A stretch of 64,000 bases of DNA from NCBI GenBank assembly GCA_965113315.1, contig OZ220370.1; one strand, given 5' to 3'. Below are positions 54,680 through 64,000 of this stretch, one piece after another. How positions within the stretch are numbered: the stretch's first letter is position 1; every line of letters starts with the position of its first letter. The notes beneath the pieces were generated by a model. It saw nothing but the letters and a program-made list of their open reading frames with translations, did no database searches and was not told where the DNA came from. Both the position numbers and the translations under genes were made by a program. The stretch is from Podarcis vaucheri. Lineage: Eukaryota.

Positions 54680-54825
54680 ACTTAATAAACTACAATAACT
54701 TTTATATGCACTGGGTAACAACAACAACAACAACAACACCACAATGTGTGACTTGCTTTATTGCGATATTTGCTTTTTTTTAGGTGACCTGGAACCAAAC
54801 TTGTGATATCTCTAAGGTATGCCTG
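54680..54825 (+). mobile_element. Tigger1-like (pogo) transposon right end
   Basis: ACTTTTATATGCACTGGG...TGTGTGACTTGCTTTATTGCGATATT...GGAACC...ATCTCTAAGGTATGCCTG followed by TA. Closely matches the recalled Tigger1 terminus. Confidence 0.7.
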
Positions 54826-55953
54826 TACACTTTTGTTAGCAGAATTTCCCTTTCCCTTTTGGAAACAGTAAACATTTCCACATTCCAGTTCAGGTTATGC
54901 ATAAGAACCAGTGCCACTGGATGGAGATATTTGTCCCCATCTGCTTCAAAAATTTTAATTTGGAATATTTATAGACTGCTAAACATTATGAAATGCCATA
55001 GCAATGTACAACAATAAAAATGCAATTTTAAAAAGCTCTCTGACGGCAAACTGAATATTGCCTGGATTTATGTTGAGCTTTAGAGTTTGTGGATCAACAT
55101 CTGCCTTCCATGGGAGCTCTCCCAGGTCCTGAAGAGCCAGTCCTTTGAAACCTATTTCCTTTGGTAGGACAAGTCTTGCTCAAAACTGGTGCCATCCAAA
55201 CTTTGTGTAAGCAATGTGGTCTTGCCCAAACATAGCAAATAGTTTCTAATGTGAAAGCCTCTTTGTGCATACAGTTCACCTTGCTGAATAAGCATGAATG
55301 CATATTCAGTATCTACAATGGGATATAGTTTTAAATACTATATTAAGATTGCGTTGTTCACAAATTCTTGTTCTTGAGGGTTTTTCTTAAAGATGTGCCT
55401 CAGAGTTTAGGACAAAAAATGCCAAAGTTATAGATATTAATGCAACTTAGAAGGGCTTCACTTTAGCTGGCTCATGCACCAAATTCTTGAAATGTAGTTA
55501 ATTTCCATCAGTTGCATGCATAGCAATCACTAAGCATCTTCTCACAGTTCATTTTCAGATTCATCTAACAACTATAAAAAGTTTAAAATAATTTTGAAGT
55601 TAGTTTTTAGTCATGCAGATTTATGTGGTCTAGACCAGCTGGATCTCACTAGTATTTGTCAGCAGTGTTCAGAAGGCCACAACTGGGAGATACTTGGCAA
55701 AGATCCAGATTTATGTGCATTCTGCTCTGCCTTAACAATGAATAGCAGCCATCATAATTTTCACAAGGACAGACACAAACAACAAATTAGATGGGTTATC
55801 AGCCACATGCTTCACCTTTAGTTCAAAGCAAGAAACACATGAAGTTTCCTTTCATGTCTTGCAGGGGGTGTACAAATCAGAAATAATTATACCACCTGAC
55901 TTTATATATGTTGTTTTAACAAATAATACTTGTTCTAATGGAAGACAGCCCAT

Positions 55954-56376
55954 GTTGCTGTTTTGTTGTTTAGTCGTGTCCAACTCTTCGTGACCCCATG
56001 GACCAGAGCACGCCAGGCACTCCTGTCTTCCACGGCCTCCCACAGTTTGGTCAAACTCATGCTAGTAGCTTCGAGAACACTGTCCAACCATCTCGTCCTC
56101 TGCCGCCCCCTTCTCCTTGTGCCCTCCATCTTTCCCAACATCAGGGTCTTTTCCAGGGAGTCTTCTCTTCTCATGAGGTGGCCAAAGTATTGCAGCCTCA
56201 GCTTCAGGATCTGTCCTTCCAGTGAGCACTCAGGGCTGATTTCCTTCAGAATGGATAGGTTTGATCTTCTTGCAGTCCATGAGACTCTCAAGAGTCTCCT
56301 CCAGCACCATAATTCAAAAGCATCTATTCTTCGGCGATCAGCCTTCTTTATGGTCCAGCTCTCACTTCCATACATC
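55954..56376 (-). mobile_element. BovB LINE 3' fragment
   Basis: Peptide MYGSESWTIKKADRRRIDAFELWCWRRLLR, CAA tail, perfect 11-bp TSD AGACAGCCCAT. Confidence 0.93.
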
Positions 56377-58981
56377 AGACAGCCCATAAACAGCCTTAAT
56401 TCCAGCCATTTCACAGAAAGGAGTTTTCAACACTGATCCTACACTTGTAAATATTCAGTTCTAACTTTTCAAACGACTTCTACCAACCACACATATGTTC
56501 TCTGTAGCTTAAACCTTTTTCTCATAAATCCCTGCCCACCACCATTGCTCCTACCTTTCTATCATTCATATACTTGACACATTCTCCTCTTTCTTTTCCT
56601 TCAAATCCCAGCTCACATCTGCCATATTTGACCTGTGGTTCAATATATATCAGGGATCTCATCAAACACCCTAGAATCTAGATGCACCATATAAGCAGAA
56701 AGGGCCCAAGCCGGTGGAGGGCATTGGCATCGAGGGCTGGGCTGGTGCACAGTGGGCTTTGTTCACCCTCCATGCCCTGCTCCCCCACCAGCATGCACAC
56801 ACGTGTGCCCCGGGCACCACAGACACACGGTCTGACGCTGGCACAGCAGGATATAAAACAGCCCAGTTATTAAGCATAGAATATCACAGAACCTAGTTGT
56901 ACTCACCTCTGAATGGATGTATAGGATTGCTTTGACAGGTTGCATTCCCATACCCACTTATCTAGAAGTAAATCTCAGTGAAATCCATGGGATTTACTGC
57001 TGAGTAGACATGTGCAGGACTGTTCTGTACTTAACATTTCTATACCAGGCTCTTCTGCCCATAAAACACTCTGAATGGCTTTGCAATGTAACAAATATAT
57101 AATAGGAAATATATATATCAAGAAGCAAAAACAAACAAACAAATCCCCATGTCAATAATGCTACCATCAGTAAACTTGAAAAACCAGCAACAGTAGCCAT
57201 AATGGAAGCCTGGAAACAAAACCAGAACAGAGTTAACCAGGGACTAATTTTGCTGAAAATAGTTTGAAAACTAATGTTTGTTTAAATCAAACGCTATATC
57301 TCATAGCCAATGCTATTTATCACCTGCAAATTCACAAAAGTTAACTGGTTGTTTTTTTAAAGTGGGAATGTCTTTTATATAAAAAATAAAAGCAGTGCAT
57401 GGTATAAACATCTCATATATATGAACACTTTGTTTCTAGCCTGGTTATCTTCAGGACTGCTAAGTCTTTCTAAATTAGTCCAAGCATTTTCTCTTTGTTT
57501 TACCTAATATTTGAAAATGGCAAAAAAAAAAAATAATTAAAATCCCCATGGGTCATTGAAAATTATCCTTTCATTCCAGCCGCCTGTTTCAAGTCAGTCA
57601 AAACATTCCAGACTTCAAAAGGGAGCTTTGCCTGCTTAGGCCATTTTGGTGTCTTTCTATGGTTGGCCTATGAGGGATTGGTTATTTGGATAAATTAATT
57701 TGTGGAGCCTGCTGGCCTTCTAGAAGACCTCAGTGTCTGACTGCAAATTAGTTCTACTGAACATGCAGAAAGCCCTGGGCAGACTAAAAGAAATAAATGG
57801 TGATAAAATCTAATACTACGATGTTTGTAATGTGATTTTATTCTGCCGTAGACTCTGCAAGCAAAGCTAATGTTGAATTAAAAAATTAAATATTATATAT
57901 ATGAAAGCATAAAAATCAGATCAGTATCCTAGTCACAGCAGAGTAGGCAAAGTTCCAGCTTTAAAGTGAAGCTTCCAGCAGGAATCTTTTGCAAGAACAA
58001 ACAAAAAATGTCCCAGTTTCCACAAAATCAACGAGGTATTTACATTACGGATGCACCCTGCTTAAGCCAGGAAGTCACACAGTTGAATTCTGCTTGAGTT
58101 CAGGGCTGTGAATAAACTGCTATGCAGTCATTTAATGCATAGTTGTACAAGTGCCTAAGGATAGTTTATCCTTAAGGAAGAGGAGAGATTTGTGAGCCAA
58201 AACTAACAAACATGGCTCCTCAAGCGGAACAATGGGCCAGAAACTCAGTAAAAAAGAAAATAAACTTTCCTGGCAGTTTGTTTTTTACTATTAAGAACTA
58301 AGCTACAACTTTATCAAGACTTTCCTGAAGAGGTAAAAGATTTCACATACATCCTCATGTTCTCAAGGCTGCTTGAAAGTTTATGGAGGACGGTGTAATC
58401 CCGTTTTACTGTGCTTAATCCACTTTCAAAACAGACACTTGTATATTTGCTACCTAAAGTGCAGCCACACCTGGAAGCAAAGATTTCCATCTAAAGGTAT
58501 GCATTACATACCACATTCCCAATTTTATATTGTTCTCTTCACAGAAAGTGCCATATAATTTGGGCAACAGAGCTTGATACTTCTCCAAACAAAAATTCAT
58601 ATTGAATCACTTACTTTGTTTAATCTGAAGGAGCAAAAATTACATTTCGGTATCAGACCTTATGGGTACTTCAGCAGAACTGCCAACAATACAAAGAAAC
58701 ACAATAGTCCATTTCATAGGACCATGTGGCAGAGGAAGGAAGAATGGGCAGGCCCTACCCTCCAACTAATGCATGCACACTAGATGTGGTGTGATCCACT
58801 ATGTCACCAGGATCACATTACTGGACAGCCACCACCACTTCAGACTCAAACTTTCTCAGGCTACAAACTCAAACACACTTACTAGCGAGAAATCCCCACT
58901 GAATACAGTGATTGTACTGGAAAATGTGCACAGGATTGTGCTGTAAATGTTTTGACACTCCCTTCCCCCTCCCCCCTTTAT

Positions 58982-59326
58982 GGGACACGGGTGGCGCTGT
59001 GGGTTAAACCACAGAGCCTAGGACTTGCCAATGAGAAGATCAGCGGTTCGAATCCCCACGACAGGGTGAACTCCCGTTGCTCAGTCCCTGCTCCTGCCAA
59101 CCTAGCAGTTCGAAAGCACATCAAAGTGCAAGTAGATAAATAGGTACCGTTCCAGCGGGAAGGTAAACGGCATTTCCATGCGCTGCTCTGGTTCGCCAGA
59201 AGCGGCTTAGTCATGCTGGCCACATGACCTGGAAGCTGGCTCCCTCGGCCAGTAAAGCGAGATGAGCGCCACAACCCCAGAGTCGGCCACGACTGGACCT
59301 AATGGTCAGGGGTCCCTTGACCTTTA
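58982..59326 (+). mobile_element. Sauria SINE
   Basis: Same family as 31522-31872 with a small internal deletion; TSD-like CCTCCCCCCTTT on both sides. Confidence 0.92.
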
Positions 59327-60254
59327 CCTCCCCCCTTTTTAAGACCAGGTTTATGCTGCTTTCACTCTGATTTTCTAGTATTTTACAGAATTCAAAAATA
59401 ATAACAAACAAAAGGAGAGGTGGCTGAGTCCAAATAATACATCACTTGTAGAATGTTCACAGTTATTGTTGCAGAGTAGCCTTTGTCTCACCATACTGAA
59501 GACAGACATGGCTGTAATCACTTAATATGAACAGGCATTTCTGAATACAACAGAAGCAAGTAAGCAAGTGAAAGATAAACTAAAACAGATAACTCAGGAA
59601 GAACTCTTAGATTTCTGTTCCTAGGTATATTAACTATTTAGTAGCTGGTTTCCCCACAGTAAAGTGGGTATTAATTAAAGGCTATTGCCTATTCCAGCAA
59701 TAGTATCCAAGGGCTGTTTATCCTAGACAGCCTTTCCCAAATAATATTTGAGGTTGCGGTGGTCTAAGAAACAGGGATCACTATTCCCATGGGAGATTTT
59801 TTTTCTAAAAAAGACCAGTTTTAAGAGCTAAATCTGCAACTAAAGGCTCCCTCTATACTCTGTTGCACAGTATAGCTTTTGATTTAGATTGACAAGACTG
59901 TAGAGCATTTTGTGGAGGGAAATTAGATCTTTTTACAAAATAATTCCTACAAATTTTGTCTTTGTGGATTTTTGTACAAATTCAGTCCAGTATTTCATAT
60001 TTGGCAATTAATTCCTCCCTTTGGGGAATTTTGCATGATATTGTGATTATTGCATAAAGAGTCATTTAGTCTACAGACAATATGCAGTATACAAGAACAA
60101 ATTATTGATTTTTCTTTCAGTTATCTTTTCTTAAATTCCACCAAATGTAGAAAATTCTACTTTCTGATGTTTACACCAAAAGCACTCTGTTTTGTGGTTT
60201 CTTGTTTTTCCAATTTGATCCTTTTAATCTGCCTTAAGAGTACCATTCCATGTA

Positions 60255-60365
60255 TCCGATGAAGAGATCTCTGGCCCATGGAAGCTTATGAATAAATTTG
60301 TTTACCTTTAAGGTGTCAGAAGATTTTCTTATATTGCTGCAAGAAAACAATACCGCTGCTCTTCA
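60255..60365 (+). mobile_element. Penelope-like element terminal remnant
   Basis: tgaaga...cccatggaagcttatgaataaatttgtt...taaggtg resembles recalled reptile Penelope ends; degenerate. Confidence 0.4.
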
Positions 60366-60750
60366 AAAGTTTGTCCCTTGTTCAGCACAGGGCCTAACAC
60401 TGCTTCAAATACACCTAAAACAAAGAACATGAAAGTCTCAGAAAAGCTTATTAACAAAACAAATTAGACTGTTTTAAGGTTAAAATATTGGCTGACTCAT
60501 TGGCAGTAGCACCGTGATTTTTCCTGTGACATTTACACTAAGCATAAAGCAATAACTTTAAAATTAAATACATTTGCAGTTCAGCTTTGATGTAGCCTTT
60601 AACCTCTCATGGTATAATAAATCCATAGCTCCAGATCATTAAGAGCGGGACAGTGCTTTAAGGAGTTTCCAAGCACTCAGTTATGACAAAAATAATTACC
60701 GCTTTAATGGCAATAATTCTTTCCTCAGGGGTGACATGCTGTTTACTTAC

Positions 60751-60846
60751 AGTCTATCCATTTATCCCCGGAGGGTCTTCCATTGAAGATATCTTCTTCC
60801 AAATTATATGTTGGCTGTAAAGCTACAGTGCGCTTCAAACTAGCAC
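60751..60846 (-). other. EYA1: Distal EYA1 exon (96 nt: 63 nt leader plus 33 nt ATG...ACT); ancestral N-terminal exon with an in-frame TAG
   Basis: Acceptor ctctcttctacag|GTGC and donor GACT|gtaagta. The ATG at 60783 lies exactly 33 nt from a phase-0 donor and reads MEDPPGING*T. This matches the architecture of the EYA4 (MEDSQDLNEQS) and EYA3 (MEEEQDLPEQP) first coding exons. Confidence 0.8.
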
Positions 60847-61423
60847 CTGTAGAAGAGAGTAGTGCATAGCTGTATTCATTTGTTGGCATGAAATTAAGAG
60901 CAGATTGTCGTATGTGCAGCTTTCCGTGGAACAACATGTACACACACGTCAGGAGCATTCATCTTCAATGAATTAGACTGATCTTTTAAATAAATATTCT
61001 CGGTGGGTTGGCCATGACAACCAGCATGAGCCCCAACACAGGAAATTATAGCTCTCTTGTTAGTTAGCAGCTGAAGTGAAGAGAGGCAGCCATGAATGGT
61101 TTTTTGTAGCCAATATTTCTGTGCCACTGGGACACAAGAGATGAGGGGCTTTTCTTATTTGGTGCCACGCTCGTTCTTACATTTGCTTCCCACCAGCATC
61201 AGTGACCGTGCCATGTACAAAATGCAACAAAAATGGACCATAAATGTAGACTGAGCTCAGGTTTTAAACATAGGAAAAATCACACCTTTGAGAACATACT
61301 TCAAGCAAAGGAAATTGTTGTACTAATTTGCTAAAGGTTCATATTAGGTCACACTTTTACACATTCAGAAGGAGCCATCTTTGTTAGCCATCATGCAACA
61401 GAACATGGTGTTTGCTGCTATTA

Positions 61424-62103
61424 GGTGATCGCGTGATCCACGCGACGGTCACCTCCAGATTGGATTACGTGGGGCTCTACGTGGGGCTGCCCTTGAGACT
61501 GACCCAGAAACTCCAGCGGGTGCAGAATGCTGTAGCGAGACTCCTTACAAGGTCTTTGCTGCGAGATCACATTCACCCGGTGCTACACCAGCTGCACTGG
61601 CTCCCGGTGGAGTACAGGATCAGATTTAAGGTGCTGGTTTTAACCTTTAAAGCCCTATACGGCCTAGGACCCTCGTACCTACGGGACCGCCTCTCCTGGT
61701 ATGCCCCACAGAGAAACTTACGGTCTTCAAATAAAAACATCTTGAAGGTCCCAGGCCACAGAGAAGTTAGGCTGGCCTCAACTAGAGCCAGGGCTTTTTC
61801 GGCTGTGGCTCCGATCTGGTGGAACACTCTGTCACAAGAGACCAGGGCCCTGCGGGACTTGACATCTTTCCGCAGGGCCTGCAAGACAGAGCTGTTCCAC
61901 CAGGCCTTTGGCCAGGGCACAGCCTGACTCCCTCCCTCGGCAATCTTCGCGGAGCTCTGGCCCAATGGTTGCCAGTGGCCTGAATTAATTAATTTTACAA
62001 TGAATGATTTTAGAGTGTTGTTTATGTTATACTTTTATACTGTTTTATTGTTGTTAGCCGCCCTGAGCCCGGCTTCGGCTGGGGAGGGCGGGATATAAAT
62101 AAA

Positions 62104-62155
<52 letters not shown>
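61424..62155 (+). mobile_element. L2-clade LINE 3' fragment
   Basis: ORF2 C-terminus (TSRLDY, KLQRVQNAVARLLT, LHWLPVEYRIRFKVL, RAFS), terminal stem-loop and (TTA)n tail. Confidence 0.92.
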
Positions 62156-62530
62156 TCAACTAGTGAGGCAATTATCAAAATGTACGTTTTGTAAGGATTT
62201 CAATAAAGAACAGTGTTTGAATGCTGTCGTTAGACATCCCATTGCCTTTTGAACGTATTTGGCAGAGTGTGGCTACTCTGTACTCTAGTAGTTCTGAAGC
62301 TTGTATGGGAAATAAGGTTATTGGGTTTAGGAGTAGAAGAAGTCAACAAGCTTACTTTCCTCTGTTTGCATCAGTCAGAATCTTTGGCACAAATAAATGA
62401 CTCCCTCTAGTAATGCAAGAGTATGTGCACTTTGTTATTCATTTCAGAAACTACTTGGAAGGGTTAACTGAATACCTGATTTATCAGTTTTCCCACTGCC
62501 ATGCCTTGTTTGGTTGGTGGCTTGTTTGGA

Positions 62531-62535
62531 TAATG

Positions 62536-62583
<48 letters not shown>
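62531..62583. repeat. (ATA)n microsatellite
   Basis: Seen directly in the sequence. Confidence 0.95.
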
Positions 62584-62587
<4 letters not shown>

Positions 62588-63506
62588 TAAACTCACAGAG
62601 CAAGCCTAATTCTGGTTAAGAATAATAGAATTCTGTGACCCCTTGGGACTCCTAGGGTTGTCTCGTCCAGCCCCCCTACAATGCAGGAATCTCAATTAAA
62701 GCATCCATGAAAGAGGGCCATCCAATCTCCGTTTAAAAACCTCCAAGGAAGGAGAGTCCACAACCTCCTAAGGGAGTGTACTGTTTAGCACATATTTTGT
62801 AAGAAAATGTATTCAGAATATTGTTGCTAAATAAATACTAAAATAACAGATTTTGCACAAATATCTTCATATATTTTTTTTATGAAGATCAACATAGAAA
62901 GGAGAAATAATGTACCTATGAATGAACACATTTGAAAGTAACATAGCCCCGAAATGAACTGACCATCCCTACTGTTAAGGTTGTGGTCTCTGCCTTACAC
63001 GCATTAGCAAATATCCCTAGTAATAATCTGTTGGATATCGAAGAGAAAAGGGGACAGAAGTGGGTGGGAGATGAAATATGTAAAAGGAAACACAAACCTC
63101 TTAGAATAGCTCAATGTAATGTCTTTTTACATCTTCTCTGCAATGGGATATGGTCACTATTTTGAGCACTGATATGGCTGGCTCCACTGAGTACAAAAAT
63201 AAAAACACAGGATAAAAAACAAAACGATTTATATTCTATCAAGGGACAGGAGGAAAATGCAACCATATTTGGGAAGAAATTAACATTATTTCCGGCTTGT
63301 TATGCTTTCCCATCAATGAGCCATTGCAGACAGGAAGTGGCAATGACTCAAGTAACTAAAGGTGCTACTTAGTTATTTTCAGTGCATGGAAAGTCATTCT
63401 AGACTGGTGGCAGCTGAGAAAGTAGCACTGGCAAACTTGTCCAATCCAGGGTTTATCTCCTCTCTGAATGCATGCCAAGTATCTAGGGCCCCAGGTGCAC
63501 TATATA

Positions 63507-63746
63507 CAGTGATACCTCTAGTTACAACGTAATTTATTCTGGAGGTCCGTTCTTAGCCTGAAACTGTTCTTAACTAGAGGAGTGATTTTGCTAATGGGGC
63601 CTCTTGCTGCCACTGTGCCAACAGCACACGATTTCCATTCTCATCCTGGGGCAAAGTTCTCAACTCGAGGTAACTCTTCCAGGTTAGCAGAATTTGTAAC
63701 CTGAAGCGTTTGTAACCTGAGGCTTTTGTAACTCGGGGTACCACTG
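63507..63746. mobile_element. Tc1/mariner MITE (more diverged copy)
   Basis: CAGTGATACCTC...GGGGTACCACTG with TA TSD; opposite orientation to 43701-43926. Confidence 0.85.
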
Positions 63747-63759
63747 TATGATACACTTA

Positions 63760-63985
63760 CAGTGGTACCTCGGGTTAAGAACTTAAATTGTTCTGGAAGT
63801 CTGTTCTTAACCTGAAACTGTTCTTAACCTGAAGCACCACTTTAGCTAATGGGGCCCTCCAGTGCCACTGCACCACCGGAGCATGATTTCTGTTCTCATT
63901 CTGAAGCAAAGTTCTTAACTTGAGGTACTATTTCTGGGTTAGCGGAGTCTGTAACCTGAAGCGTCTGTAACCCGAGGTACCACTG
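63760..63985. mobile_element. Tc1/mariner MITE
   Basis: CAGTGGTACCTCGGGTTA...TAACCCGAGGTACCACTG with TA TSD. Confidence 0.9.
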
Positions 63986-64000
63986 TAATGCAATTTCATA

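Noticed and set aside
60743-60958. 71-aa minus-strand ORF over the distal exon
   Set aside because: It crosses both splice sites in a third frame; the informative frames start at 60783 and 60761.

Overview
Vertebrate genomic DNA, most likely from a lacertid lizard (inferred from Sauria SINEs with (ACCTTT)n tails, Squam3-type SINEs, BovB and CR1), with three assembly gaps. It holds the 5' end of EYA1 (eyes absent 1) on the minus strand. Four exons are visible: a distal 96-nt exon (60751-60846), a CpG-island first exon (~18061-19168), a 50-nt exon (12729-12778) and the 128-nt exon carrying the canonical MEMQDL start (11119-11246). The rest of the gene lies beyond position 1. The most interesting signal is a two-frame start-codon system. 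The 50-nt exon is open in two frames, and including or skipping the 128-nt exon decides which upstream ATGs reach the EYA1 body. The distal exon corresponds to the ancestral EYA3/EYA4-like 11-codon start exon, but here it carries an in-frame TAG (MEDPPGING*T). That stop is silent in the second, overlapping frame. The introns are rich in transposons: a young CR1 with an unbroken 875-aa ORF, BovB, L2, several SINE and MITE families with target-site duplications, and a fragment resembling mammalian Tigger1. All homology calls come from recalled sequences, not database searches.
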